From IMG/VR virus record IMGVR_UViG_3300025039_000014, positions 40,760-104,759 of that record: a stretch of 64,000 nucleotides of DNA; one strand, written 5' to 3'. Origin of the DNA: a virus. Numbering within the stretch: position 1 is the stretch's first letter; every line of letters begins with the position of its first letter. The position numbers and the translations under genes were made by a program. The notes under the pieces were generated by a model. It did not search any database. It was given only the letters and a program-made list of their open reading frames with translations, and was not told where the DNA came from. Of this stretch, positions 49,191-59,104 are shown piece by piece.

Positions 49191-49275
49191 GGCAGACCTA
49201 TAACTCTATTATCTGTGTTTATCTGGAAATGTATTTATAGATGGAAGCAGGCACCCGAGCTAAAAACAAAACCTC
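49191..49275 (+). repeat. Dispersed ~85-bp element, copy C
   Basis: Near-identical to 3066-3152. Confidence 0.85.
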
Positions 49276-49501
49276 TCCGGTCCCGACAAGGTTTCCGACA
49301 CCCTGGAGCTGAGGAAAGGCAGGAAAGGGAGTGATCCCGGCCCTGGGGTTTCCCCGTCAGCAGTTCCAGATGGTCAACGTAGTGAAGCCGGGCGTGTTGC
49401 GCATGCCGCCGCCGCGCCAGGAGCCGGCCCTCTCGAACATACCCCTCCCCCAACGCGAAGATTTGATTGCTGCCCCGGATCAGAGAGTGCTAACTTATGC
49501 A

Positions 49502-49521
49502 GTCACTAAGCACTTACTTAC
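49502..49521. promoter_or_regulatory. Palindromic operator-like motif, copy 13 (degenerate)
   Basis: GTCACTAAGCACTTACTTAC. Confidence 0.7.
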
Positions 49522-49535
49522 TGTTAGAGAAAACA

Positions 49536-50360
49536 ATGAACTCTCCCGCGAAACGCGTCGTGCATACCAGCACGAGCAAGCCGCCTAAAAGCGTGCCAAT
49601 GGCGAAGCTCCCAGACAATTTGGTCGAGCGCTATCGGGCACGTCGTGACGGCAGTTTCGAGTTCTATGATCAATTCTCTTCCGTCGAGCTCGACGCGGTC
49701 ATGTCCGATGGTATCCCGCGAGACCTGCTGGAGAAGGAAGCAGACCTGCTGCTCTCCAAATGGTTCGATTATCGCCCGTATCACCTGTGGCGCGCCGCCG
49801 CGATCTTCCTCGAAGCCTACCGCTCCGAACACGCCTGGGTGATGCGCAAGCGCGAGGACATCTCCAGCCACTGGTTTCACAAGGGTATCAAGGCGAAGAC
49901 GCTCCACACCCTCGGATCACAACAGCTGATCGCCCTTTGGAAGTCGCGTCAGGCTGCCGACTCGATCGGCGCCCCCTACGACTTCTACTGCCGCGAGCTC
50001 TTGAATTGGGCTGAGCATCGCAACTGGACTCACCTGCCGCGGATCAATCAGCTCTACACAGAGGATCACGTCGAGGTCGTCAAGGACTTGCTGGCCAAGG
50101 ATCGCGTCGCTCGGCTGCGCTACGCCACCGAGCCTTGCTTCGGCAACGAGCAGTTCGCCGGCGAGCTTCACCAGAACGATTACCACCGCTATCTGATCGC
50201 ACAGATCAAGCAGAGAGCACATCCCGTTTTCTCACTAGGTGGCGCGGTCTTTCGCCGTTGCCATCTACCCGAAGCCGTTGCCAGAGATCACTTTGGCGAT
50301 GCGCTAGTGGATGAAGCTCTACGTCTCGCCGACCAGCTCTATCCGAACGACACCCTGTGA
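49536..50360 (+). CDS. Hypothetical phage protein heading the replication operon
   Basis: SKWFDYR...LWK.RQ.AD..G..YD...LPR.NQLY. Confidence 0.7.
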   Translation: MNSPAKRVVHTSTSKPPKSVPMAKLPDNLVERYRARRDGSFEFYDQFSSVELDAVMSDGIPRDLLEKEADLLLSKWFDYRPYHLWRAAAIFLEAYRSEHAWVMRKREDISSHWFHKGIKAKTLHTLGSQQLIALWKSRQAADSIGAPYDFYCRELLNWAEHRNWTHLPRINQLYTEDHVEVVKDLLAKDRVARLRYATEPCFGNEQFAGELHQNDYHRYLIAQIKQRAHPVFSLGGAVFRRCHLPEAVARDHFGDALVDEALRLADQLYPNDTL

Positions 50361-50411
50361 TCGTCAGCACACACTGACATCGCATTCAAAGCACACACGG
50401 AGCAATCAACC

Positions 50412-50738
50412 ATGAAACCAGTTACAACCATCACCTCAGTCGAATCCCGCTCTCGTCGTGTGGACGCTGCCACCGGTCACAAGCCGTCTTTTAGCAGCAA
50501 GCCGGGGACCGAGAAGCGTCCGCCGACACGTCGCAACCTGGAGCAGCACGAAGCCGCCCTGATTCCCTCGATCCGCTCGCGATCGCCGATCAGACTGGTG
50601 CTGATTGACGGCACCTGCATGGAAGGCGTGATCGCCATCGGCTTTGACCGCTATTCCATCGGCATCGAATATCAGGGCAATCGCGAAAGCGTGTTCAAGT
50701 CCTCGATCGCCCGCATCATTACGCCGATCGGAGCCTGA
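50412..50738 (+). CDS. Hfq/Sm-like RNA-binding protein
   Basis: IRLVLIDG..MEG.I..FDRYSI.......VFKSSIARI resembles Hfq Sm1/Sm2 (L.NG..L.G.I..FD.F...VYKHAI). Confidence 0.6.
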   Translation: MKPVTTITSVESRSRRVDAATGHKPSFSSKPGTEKRPPTRRNLEQHEAALIPSIRSRSPIRLVLIDGTCMEGVIAIGFDRYSIGIEYQGNRESVFKSSIARIITPIGA

Positions 50739-50741
50739 TGC

Positions 50742-52127
50742 ATGACTGCTGCCGCCGTTATCGCAGGTATCGGTGGCGCAGCCGGCTCAGCCAGTGCAGC
50801 GCCGCCCTCTCCGTTCGACCCTGACTATGAGGTCAAGGTGGTCGCGCATATCCTGCGCGACACCCATTTCATGCGTCAGTGTGATGATCTAGTCGACCGA
50901 GAGTATTTCGAATCGGCCTCGACCCGCTTCCTGGTCGGTGTGGCAAAGAACCACTTCAAGAAATACGGCTCCGCGCCCGATATTCGAACGCTCGCGATCT
51001 ACATCAAGAAGGCCAGCGCAACCGGCCGACTCAAGTCGGGTATGATCGATGACATCAAGGAAACACTCGGTCAGGCGTTTCGGGAGTCACTGGGCGACGT
51101 CAATTACGTCGTCGAGCAGGTGTCATCTTTCGCACGTCACAAAGCGCTGCAATCGTCGATCATGCGGGTCATCGACGACATGGAGAAAGCCGAAAAGCTG
51201 GGCCAAGATTTCGATTTCAGCCAGGCAGAGAAGGAATTCTCCAAGGCGCTGATGATCGGCACCAACGACGCGAACAACGGCTATGACTACTTCGAGTCGA
51301 TCAGCTCCCGCACCGAAGCCCGAGAAGAACGCAAAGCTGGTGTGGCGCCGGATCAGGGTATTACCTCCGGCTATCCAGCGATCGACACCCTGCTCTATCA
51401 CAAGGGCTGGGGTCGCGGCGAAATGGTGCTGTTCATGGGTCCACCCAAGAGCGGAAAATCGACAGCGCTGGGGCAGTTCGGAATCAATGCGGCACTGGCG
51501 GGCTTCGATGTCCTCTACGTGACCCTAGAGGTCGCCGATCTGATCATGGCCGATCGTATCGATGCCACCCTGGCGGATACTAAGGTGCATGAGTTGACCG
51601 ATAAGTCGGGCTCGGTGAAAGATGAGATCGAGAAGCTGGCTTCATCGTCCGGCAAATTCATCATCCATCAGTATCCGACGGGGAGTTTTACCCCCAAGCA
51701 GCTGTGTCGTCTCATAGAGCACTACAAAGCTCGCGGAATCGTCTTCGACCAAGTGGTCGTCGACTACGGAGACATCATGGCGCCAGACTTTCGCTCAACG
51801 GACCCGATCGAGAACAGCAAGAGCATCTACGTGGGTTTGCGCGCCGCTGCCATGACGTATGACGTCGCCCTTTTGTCAGCGACTCAGACCAACCGCGACG
51901 GAGCCAGAAATGCGACCGCCGGCATGACCGACGTCGCCGAGGATTTCAACAAAATTCGAATTGCCGATCTGGTGATCTCGATCAACAAAACAGAAGAAGA
52001 AAAGGCCGCCGGGGAAGCCCGCCTGTATTTCGCTGCGTCGCGAAACCAGCGCAGCGACATCACGGTGCGGATCGGCCAAGACCTGGAAAAGATGAAGTTC
52101 CTAACCAAAATTCTGGACATTACCTGA
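50742..52127 (+). CDS. dnaB: DnaB-like replicative helicase
   Basis: GPPKSGKS, YVTLE, VVDYGD, SATQTNR, ADLVISIN. Confidence 0.9.
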   Translation: MTAAAVIAGIGGAAGSASAAPPSPFDPDYEVKVVAHILRDTHFMRQCDDLVDREYFESASTRFLVGVAKNHFKKYGSAPDIRTLAIYIKKASATGRLKSGMIDDIKETLGQAFRESLGDVNYVVEQVSSFARHKALQSSIMRVIDDMEKAEKLGQDFDFSQAEKEFSKALMIGTNDANNGYDYFESISSRTEAREERKAGVAPDQGITSGYPAIDTLLYHKGWGRGEMVLFMGPPKSGKSTALGQFGINAALAGFDVLYVTLEVADLIMADRIDATLADTKVHELTDKSGSVKDEIEKLASSSGKFIIHQYPTGSFTPKQLCRLIEHYKARGIVFDQVVVDYGDIMAPDFRSTDPIENSKSIYVGLRAAAMTYDVALLSATQTNRDGARNATAGMTDVAEDFNKIRIADLVISINKTEEEKAAGEARLYFAASRNQRSDITVRIGQDLEKMKFLTKILDIT

Positions 52128-52369
52128 TGAGCAACGAAAAGCCCCCGAAGAACCGCACGGACTATCAGCGGGACTACCAGCGCGACATGCGAGCCAAGAA
52201 GGTGACGGTGAGCTTTCTGACCGACCCGGATATCAAGGATGACATGAAGCAGATGGCCTCCGATCACGGGTTCAGCTCCATCAAGGCGTTCATGGAAGAC
52301 CTGACCCGGAAATACAACGTGATCAGGGCGGAAGAAGTTGGTAAGAGCGACGATGAAAGCAAGGAGTGA
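52127..52369 (+). CDS. Small RHH-like DNA-binding protein
   Basis: VTVSFLTDPDIKDDMKQMASDHGFSSIKAFM. Confidence 0.5.
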   Translation: MSNEKPPKNRTDYQRDYQRDMRAKKVTVSFLTDPDIKDDMKQMASDHGFSSIKAFMEDLTRKYNVIRAEEVGKSDDESKE

Positions 52370-52372
52370 GCG

Positions 52373-52894
52373 ATGGAAGGCACCAACCCGTTTCGATTGA
52401 AGAAACCCTGTGCCAACTGTCCGTTCCGATCCGACGCAGGGGCTATTGATTTAGCCCCTGGTCGTTTGGAAGAGATCGCACGGGACATCACCGAAGGCGA
52501 AGGCAAGACCTTCTTCTGCCACAAGACCCTCTCAGGCAGTCATACCGAAGACGATGAAGGCAACGAGCTCAGCTATGAGCGCGGCGATAAAGACTCCCTC
52601 TGCATCGGCTCTGTCATCTTCCAGCTCAAATACGGACGGCTCCCCATCGGCGCCAGACTCGGATTCATGAGTAAGGATTACGACTACGAGAAACTAATGG
52701 CTCAGTTCGACAGCGTCGTCGACCCCGAAGATGTCTTTACCCCTCGTGCGCATGGCAGATATTGGCTCAAGGACAACGGGGAGTGGATCATCGGGTCTTG
52801 GGATGGTCACTGCTGGGAGACCGATCAACACTTAGGGCTCACCGATAGCGATTACGATGAGATCGGGTCTGCCCTGGTGAACCCGCATGAGTGA
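52373..52894 (+). CDS. Cys-rich hypothetical protein
   Basis: KPCANCPFR...F.CHK...C. Confidence 0.65.
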   Translation: MEGTNPFRLKKPCANCPFRSDAGAIDLAPGRLEEIARDITEGEGKTFFCHKTLSGSHTEDDEGNELSYERGDKDSLCIGSVIFQLKYGRLPIGARLGFMSKDYDYEKLMAQFDSVVDPEDVFTPRAHGRYWLKDNGEWIIGSWDGHCWETDQHLGLTDSDYDEIGSALVNPHE

Positions 52895-53975
52895 TCTCAA
52901 GACCATGCTCGATGACCTGGATATTCGGGACTATCTCGACACCCAGGGGATCGAATACAAGACCAGCCGCTCGCGCAAAGGAACCCAGCTGATCCTCAAG
53001 GATTGTCCGGTCTGTGGCGGCGACGGCTGGAAGGTCTATCTCAACGAAGAAACGGGGCTGGGAAATTGTTTCCAAGGCGACCATCCTCCCGGCGAGAACT
53101 TCAACAAGTGGTCGTTCATCCGCGCCCATCTCGACAATCCCGCCCCGCGGATGGTGATCGAGCACATCGAGGGATATCTGGACTCGGTCGGCTTCACCAT
53201 CGAGCGTGAGCGCAAGGTGGCCACCTACGAGGCGCTGAGCGAGCTTCCCGAAGATGCCGTTGCATTGCCCACCCCGAGTGGACAGATCGTCTCCTACCTC
53301 CACGATAGAGGCGTCACGGCCAAGCAGTGCGAATACTTTCGCCTGCATTTCTGCGAAAGGGGTGTTTTTCGCTTCAAGACCGACAGCCGCGAACATAGCC
53401 AGGATTTTACCGGTCGCGTGATCATTCCGGTGTTCGACCTGGCTGGCGATTTCAAGACGTTCCAGGGTCGAGACATCACCGGCACTGCCGACGACAAATA
53501 CCGATTCGCCACCGGGCTGCCGGCAGCCGGCGCCTTCCTTTACAACGGCAATAACGCCGTCGGCAAAAGGCATGTCGTCGTAGGCGAAGGCGCCTTCGAT
53601 GTCTGGGCGATTCAGAAGACGCTATGGAGCCGCGAACTCGATGAGATTGAAGCGGTGGGCACCTTCGGCAAGCACCTATCTCACCTGAGCGCCGGTGACG
53701 ACGACCAACTGGGGGCGTTTCTGAACCTCAAGGCTGCCGGTCTCGAGACCATCACCATGCTGTGGGATTCCGAGACCGCCGCGATTCGAGATGCGCTCGG
53801 GGCCTGCGATCTGCTCCAGCAGCACGGCTTCAAGACCCGTCTGGCCACCCTGCCGCCGGGACAAGACCCAGGTGAGTCCACGGAAATTCAGATAAATCAG
53901 GCGATTATCAAAGCGCAGCCCTATTCACGCTCGCTTGCAACAAAAATGCGTTTGCAAATGCTTCACTCCCGATAA
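52887..53975 (+). CDS. DNA primase (Zn finger + TOPRIM)
   Basis: CPVC...C, RVIIP, FQGR, VGEGAFD, LWD. Confidence 0.88.
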   Translation: MSDLKTMLDDLDIRDYLDTQGIEYKTSRSRKGTQLILKDCPVCGGDGWKVYLNEETGLGNCFQGDHPPGENFNKWSFIRAHLDNPAPRMVIEHIEGYLDSVGFTIERERKVATYEALSELPEDAVALPTPSGQIVSYLHDRGVTAKQCEYFRLHFCERGVFRFKTDSREHSQDFTGRVIIPVFDLAGDFKTFQGRDITGTADDKYRFATGLPAAGAFLYNGNNAVGKRHVVVGEGAFDVWAIQKTLWSRELDEIEAVGTFGKHLSHLSAGDDDQLGAFLNLKAAGLETITMLWDSETAAIRDALGACDLLQQHGFKTRLATLPPGQDPGESTEIQINQAIIKAQPYSRSLATKMRLQMLHSR

Positions 53976-53993
53976 TCTTATAGCTACACTATA

Positions 53994-54013
53994 GTAAGTA
54001 AGTGCTTAGTTAC
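53994..54013. promoter_or_regulatory. Palindromic operator-like motif, copy 14
   Basis: GTAAGTAAGTGCTTAGTTAC overlapping TATAGT. Confidence 0.8.
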
Positions 54014-54027
54014 CCTAAGAGGAAATC

Positions 54028-54777
54028 ATGAACGCTTCCCAAATCGACGCCGAGATGGACAATGAAGAATCCCACGTCGTGCCCTACGTCTCCGGCAGCA
54101 TCAAGCTTGCCAACATCGACAGTATCGGCAAACTGGGGTTTTTCTCGCTGAACAACAACATCGGCACCAACCGCTCGGTTGCCATTCCGTTCATCGACAT
54201 CCCCAGCGAGAGCACCCTGCGCTGCATCGCCGAGATCGACAGACTTCCACGAGACTTCGCCGAAGCCTTTGGTGTGGGTCTGACCATCGGGGGGGTTCGT
54301 GACGTCAATTCGGCTTTCTCCAAAGCCTTCCCGGATAGCGACGATATCAGCTGTTCGGTCAGCGACTACCAGGTCAATATTCTGGTCCCTAAGAAGAGCG
54401 AAGTGGGCTCCCAGATCGACAACCGCATCAGAACCTACCACTACGAAATCCTGACGGGTGCAGCGAAGACCGATATCGCGACCTTCCGAAGCTGCATCAA
54501 AGCCGGCGGGTTTCTCCAGAACGGACACATCGTCGAAGCCATTCTCTCCAACACGGTCTTTTCTGTCTGGAACACCAAGGAATTCGACATGCCCAACGGC
54601 ATCGTCAATCAGGTGAAGTGGCTGGGTGCGAGCTATCTGACGAAGAACACCCGCGGAAACTTGTTCCCGCAGCTATCCCCTCTCGTTGCCGAGCTCCAAC
54701 GTAGCCACGCCAACAAGGGCATGCGTGACTCCAACCCCAATTGGGGTGCGCTGGCTGGCCTGGGCAGCCTGTCATGA
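54028..54777 (+). CDS. Hypothetical protein
   Basis: 249 aa, GAGGA RBS. Confidence 0.7.
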   Translation: MNASQIDAEMDNEESHVVPYVSGSIKLANIDSIGKLGFFSLNNNIGTNRSVAIPFIDIPSESTLRCIAEIDRLPRDFAEAFGVGLTIGGVRDVNSAFSKAFPDSDDISCSVSDYQVNILVPKKSEVGSQIDNRIRTYHYEILTGAAKTDIATFRSCIKAGGFLQNGHIVEAILSNTVFSVWNTKEFDMPNGIVNQVKWLGASYLTKNTRGNLFPQLSPLVAELQRSHANKGMRDSNPNWGALAGLGSLS

Positions 54778-55277
54778 AATCCCCCTCCATGAGCGGCGAC
54801 AACATGCACGCCGTGGAGTGTGCTCAGACGAGCCGCTGCGCCTCCTACGCCGTGTGTCAGCACACGGTGTGGGCCTACAAGCAGAGTCGCCTCAAGGGCT
54901 TCGATGACTGCCGTGCGGCGATCAATTCGCGAACCTGCCCCGCCATCAAAATGATGCTGGAGGAAAAGAAGGCAGGGGGACCGATCTACTTCGAATCCTA
55001 CGCCGAGAGTGTGGTGGCAAGGCAGGCCCGAGAAGAGGCAGCGGCGGCAGAACGTGTCGCGCTGACCCGCCGGCCACGCAAGGCAATGGTGACGTCGAGA
55101 ACGGTCGATCCTGGCCGTGACGCGCAGATTGCCGCCGGCTGGAATGAGGCTGACGACACAGTCGCCAAGCGGCTGGCTAAGCAGCGAAAGTCCAAGCCTG
55201 AACTGCCGCCGGTCAGTGACAACCTGTTTGAAGCGGTGGTCAACGAGTTGGCCGCTCAGGAGGCATCCTCCGGCTGA
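54774..55277 (+). CDS. Cys-rich hypothetical phage protein
   Basis: SMSGDN...C...YAVC...C..AI..TCPA. Confidence 0.65.
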   Translation: MKSPSMSGDNMHAVECAQTSRCASYAVCQHTVWAYKQSRLKGFDDCRAAINSRTCPAIKMMLEEKKAGGPIYFESYAESVVARQAREEAAAAERVALTRRPRKAMVTSRTVDPGRDAQIAAGWNEADDTVAKRLAKQRKSKPELPPVSDNLFEAVVNELAAQEASSG

Positions 55278-55345
55278 GAAAAAGCATATTTCAGCCCTAG
55301 CGTGTTCGCTCGACACTAGAGAATCACGCAACGAGAGAGCGAACG

Positions 55346-55483
55346 ATGGTCAAGTTTCTGGACGGACTGATGACGCTGTTTCAGGTGGGGGAAAAGCTGA
55401 TCTTGCTGGTGCTGGTGATGCTGCCGGTTTTACCGATGTTGTTCGTGCTGTTTTGGCTGATCAAAGGACTCTGGTCCCTCTAA
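55346..55483 (+). CDS. 45-aa membrane peptide
   Basis: MVKFLDGLMTLFQVGEKLILLVLVMLPVLPMLFVLFWLIKGLWSL (below the ORF-track cutoff). Confidence 0.5.
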   Translation: MVKFLDGLMTLFQVGEKLILLVLVMLPVLPMLFVLFWLIKGLWSL

Positions 55484-55497
55484 CCGAGAAGAAAGAC

Positions 55498-55767
55498 ATG
55501 ACCCAATCCAACAAAGGCATCATCCACAGCATCAAGCTGATGCACTACCGCCGCAAAGCGCGAGTCTTGATTGCCTCGATCTATGCCCGGCTGGATAAAT
55601 CACCCGGCGGCACTCATATCACGGTTCAGACGAGCCCAAGTCTCCAGCGCGACATCATCCGCGCCGACAAGTATCTGGAAGCCTTGCGCGAACTCGACCC
55701 GGACAATGCCCCGGATACCAATCTGAGCGTATTGATGGGCTTGGAAACCGTCAGGGCGACCGCATGA
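55498..55767 (+). CDS. Hypothetical protein
   Basis: ATG 55498 within ORF 55117..55767. Confidence 0.55.
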   Translation: MTQSNKGIIHSIKLMHYRRKARVLIASIYARLDKSPGGTHITVQTSPSLQRDIIRADKYLEALRELDPDNAPDTNLSVLMGLETVRATA

Positions 55768-55919
55768 ACCGTTCGATACTGATGCGCGCTGATCGCGCCG
55801 TGCGCATGGGTCAGTTTCAGAAGGTATTCCTCATCTGCCTTCTGGTCCTGGCGCTGATGGCAACAGTGGTCCTGGCGCTGATTGCGTGCGCCGTCGTCAT
55901 CGTTCTTCGCACGTTTTGA
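55764..55919 (+). CDS. 51-aa membrane peptide
   Basis: ATGA overlap; long hydrophobic helix. Confidence 0.5.
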   Translation: MNRSILMRADRAVRMGQFQKVFLICLLVLALMATVVLALIACAVVIVLRTF

Positions 55920-55965
55920 ACGCTATTACCCCATAGCGAAACGCACTATTTTTGTGTCTGTAGTA

Positions 55966-55985
55966 GTAAGTAAATAGTTACTTAT
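55966..55985. promoter_or_regulatory. Palindromic operator-like motif, copy 15
   Basis: GTAAGTAAATAGTTACTTAT. Confidence 0.8.
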
Positions 55986-56006
55986 CCCTAATCATGAGGA
56001 AGCACT

Positions 56007-56708
56007 ATGGCTAAGCAATCAATCCCCTCCGTCCGACTGAACGCCAACATTCGCAAGCTGATCACAGCCAGCGTCATCGAAAAGACCATCTGGCCTTTGA
56101 TGGTCAAGCTCGAAAGCCAACTCGATGCCGTCATCGAGAAAATACGCCTGGAATCAGTAGGGGGTGAAGCAAACGAGAAAATCATTCAGGAGGCGATTAA
56201 TCAAGTCACCCGATTGAACAAGAAGGTCGGCGCGCTTGGTGGTCACGAGATGACGATCAAATGCCACAATCTCACCGACTATCGTATGCAGGTGAATGTT
56301 CGCGGCATGCATATGAGCCTCTATTTCTATGGCAAACAGGGAGAGTTCCCAGGGATTAATTGGGACCGGCTGGCCATTTATGAAGGCGCACGTTACACCC
56401 AGAAAATCTGTTACGCGACAGACTACGCCACGCGCTACGTCATCAAGGACGAGGCGTTGATCGACAGCTACCTCAGCCTTCGCGGACAGATCGAAAAGCT
56501 CGAAGAAGAGGTCAAGTCAGTCTGTCTGACCGTTCGAGGAACACTCGACTCGGTCACGACACTCAACAAGCTCCGCGAAGCCTGGCCCGAGTGCGAAGAA
56601 TACCTGCCCGCCAACATCGAGAACCCGTCGACGCAGATGAAGTTGAACCTGCCGGTCTCGATCGACGCCCTTAACAAGAAACTCACTTCGTTCAAGAAGG
56701 CCGCTTAA
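56007..56708 (+). CDS. Nmad5-like (nucleotide-modification-associated domain 5) protein
   Basis: N-terminal RLN..IR..I and C-terminal L.SVTTLNKL.EAWPE....LP. Confidence 0.7.
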   Translation: MAKQSIPSVRLNANIRKLITASVIEKTIWPLMVKLESQLDAVIEKIRLESVGGEANEKIIQEAINQVTRLNKKVGALGGHEMTIKCHNLTDYRMQVNVRGMHMSLYFYGKQGEFPGINWDRLAIYEGARYTQKICYATDYATRYVIKDEALIDSYLSLRGQIEKLEEEVKSVCLTVRGTLDSVTTLNKLREAWPECEEYLPANIENPSTQMKLNLPVSIDALNKKLTSFKKAA

Positions 56709-56744
56709 AGCGACCGTCTCGATGCGGAGAGCCATGGAATTTCT

Positions 56745-56930
56745 ATGAGTCGGCTCAAGAAATACGCGGTAATTGCAGGAATTGTTCTGGTCGCATTCAT
56801 CACGCTAATCGTGATGTTTGCGGCCTGGATCAAGAAGGTGTTGTTCATATTGACGGTCATTATGATCGTGACCGTCGCGATCCGCTACCTGGCAAAGAAA
56901 GTCAGAATGCTACCGAGGAAGAAAGTATGA
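56745..56930 (+). CDS. Small membrane protein
   Basis: Two hydrophobic helices. Confidence 0.6.
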   Translation: MSRLKKYAVIAGIVLVAFITLIVMFAAWIKKVLFILTVIMIVTVAIRYLAKKVRMLPRKKV

Positions 56931-57775
56931 AACGAACCATCAGTCGCGGCCTTATGTTGGCCTCCCTCATCGTCTTCGGACTGGGGTTATCCGCATCAGT
57001 CATGGCGGACAACTTGCGCATCTCTACCGGCGCGTCGGGCGGCACCTATCACAACGTCTTCGGGGTGAATCTCGCCGACATCATGCGCGAGCAAGGATTC
57101 CAGCCGCAAACCCTGACGTCCAAAGGTAGCGCGGAGAATCTGGATCGCATTGCCAGTGGCGAGACAGACGTGGGCTTCACTCAGGCCGACGCACTCGCAC
57201 TATGGCTGACCAAGAACCCCGGTGCCGGCGTCGAAATCCTGGGAAAGCTCGGGCAGGAATGCGTCTACCTCGCCGTGTCCGATAGTGGCGACGTGCAGGA
57301 TGAATCGGATCTCGATAACGCCGGAGCCAGCATCGCCGTCGGTGATCAGGGATCGGGCTCGGCCATGACCTGGGACTACCTGCGAACGCTCAACGAGGAC
57401 TACCAGAGCGCGTCGACCTACTACCAGGGCGGTATTCGTGCGCTGGCAAAGGTCAAGACTGGCGAACTGGATGCGTTCCTGTGGGTGACGTCACCCGAGA
57501 ACCTGAATCACAAGTTCCTCCAGGCAGTGCGCACCAGCGGGTCCGGCATGCATCTGGTCGATGTGGACGACTACGGGCTCAACAACAAGCTGCCCAACGG
57601 CGAGCAGGTCTACGAGTTCCGTGATGTCGAGCTTGAAGACGCTATGTTCGCCGACACGGTCGAAGTCCCCTGCACCTCCGTGCTGGTCGTTGCCAGTCGC
57701 GATCTCAATGACAACGCCCTCGAGACCGTCGCCACCGCCGTGATGATGAACGGCAACCGCATCAAGGGTCAGTAA
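56927..57775 (+). CDS. TAXI-family TRAP solute-binding protein
   Basis: Signal peptide; ISTGASGGTY, SKGSAENL, GFTQADA, G..GSGS. Confidence 0.8.
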   Translation: MKRTISRGLMLASLIVFGLGLSASVMADNLRISTGASGGTYHNVFGVNLADIMREQGFQPQTLTSKGSAENLDRIASGETDVGFTQADALALWLTKNPGAGVEILGKLGQECVYLAVSDSGDVQDESDLDNAGASIAVGDQGSGSAMTWDYLRTLNEDYQSASTYYQGGIRALAKVKTGELDAFLWVTSPENLNHKFLQAVRTSGSGMHLVDVDDYGLNNKLPNGEQVYEFRDVELEDAMFADTVEVPCTSVLVVASRDLNDNALETVATAVMMNGNRIKGQ

Positions 57776-57895
57776 CGACCCAACCCGGAGCCGCTGTCCG
57801 GCGGCTCTACCAAACATCTTTCTACCAATCCCGACGCCTCCCCGATGGCGTCACAACCAAGTTACGTCCTGAAATCGACAACTGAGGGTATCCCC

Positions 57896-58204
57896 ATGAG
57901 ACACGAAATCGGTGATCGCGTCGGCGCCATCCAGAGCGCCAACAAAGAGGAAGTCCGACTGCTCGGCTACGGCACCTTCGGTGGCTACAAAGTGCCGCCT
58001 CTCGAGAGCGGTGGTATGGGCGCCGGACTGCATCACGCCGGCTATGCCAACCCTTTCATCAAGCTCGACAGCGGTGAGGAAGTCTTCGGCTGTGAGTGCT
58101 GGTGGGGGCCGGAAGACAAGGTCAAGGAGATGATCGGCGAGCGTCCGGTGATCAACGTAACTGTCGCGGAAATGCGCCAGTCGGAAGAGGTCTCCGAGGA
58201 ATGA
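57896..58204 (+). CDS. Hypothetical phage protein
   Basis: NP.IKLD.GE.VFGCECWWG. Confidence 0.65.
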   Translation: MRHEIGDRVGAIQSANKEEVRLLGYGTFGGYKVPPLESGGMGAGLHHAGYANPFIKLDSGEEVFGCECWWGPEDKVKEMIGERPVINVTVAEMRQSEEVSEE

Positions 58205-58428
58205 ATCTGATTGAAAACCACCCGATGCTCGGCGTGACGGTGGACTACGAGCATGACGGTTCCACGATCACGGGCGTCGTCACCGGCGTCCGTAAAGGCA
58301 ATCCCATTCTCAACGTCCGCACCGGGAGCGAGAACAGCGATGCCTATCGCCTGAGAATCAAGCCGGATGACGGTAGCCGTGCGATCTGGACCGAAAGTCT
58401 CGCGGCAGGCGGAGATATCACGGCATGA
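58201..58428 (+). CDS. Hypothetical protein
   Basis: ATGA-coupled; GAGG RBS. Confidence 0.55.
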   Translation: MNLIENHPMLGVTVDYEHDGSTITGVVTGVRKGNPILNVRTGSENSDAYRLRIKPDDGSRAIWTESLAAGGDITA

Positions 58429-58646
58429 GCGTCGTCGCCCTCTTCCTGATCGGGAATCTCGTCTCCGTGTCCTGTGTGATTGCCGCTCTGCTAATCGCGC
58501 TTCGCCAACTTCCCGGCTGGGGCTGGTTCCTGTTCATCGCCGTCATCTGTCATGCATCGATCAAAACTGACGATCTGGACCCCGCGAAATCGCTGTCGAG
58601 TGCCAGCGTCATCGGATCGACACTGGACGAAGAGAACAAAGAGTAA
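58425..58646 (+). CDS. Small membrane protein
   Basis: GWGWFLF. Confidence 0.6.
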   Translation: MSVVALFLIGNLVSVSCVIAALLIALRQLPGWGWFLFIAVICHASIKTDDLDPAKSLSSASVIGSTLDEENKE

Positions 58647-58651
58647 TCGCC

Positions 58652-59104
58652 ATGAACGATGCACACACCCCCAACAAGCCTCACGACGCCGACAAGCTCG
58701 TCTCGATGATGAAAGACCTGGAGCTGATCCTTCGCATCGTCAGCACCATGCAGGAGCGCGCCTACACCGCCAACAAAGCGAAGCGCGAGGCTCAGGAAAA
58801 AACACTCAGCGAGGAACGCGGCAGGATCGCGCTCGACATCATCTGTCACTGGCTCAATCACGGCGACGTGCGTCAGTTCCAGATGGCCAATGCCCGGCTG
58901 ACGATGATGCTCCACATTCACCCGTCGCGGGTTGAGAAGACCGTCGAAGAGCTGGCCAACGTCTACGAGCGCCATCTCACCCGATTGCTGTCCGGCGCCA
59001 TCAAGCGCGAGCAGACAGCTCATAACCAGCACGTCGAGCAATTCGCTCAACGCCTCAAGAAATTGCCATTCACAGGAGCCGCGCCATGTGGATTGTTGCG
59101 CTGA
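58652..59104 (+). CDS. Hypothetical protein
   Basis: 150-aa ORF within the operon. Confidence 0.6.
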   Translation: MNDAHTPNKPHDADKLVSMMKDLELILRIVSTMQERAYTANKAKREAQEKTLSEERGRIALDIICHWLNHGDVRQFQMANARLTMMLHIHPSRVEKTVEELANVYERHLTRLLSGAIKREQTAHNQHVEQFAQRLKKLPFTGAAPCGLLR

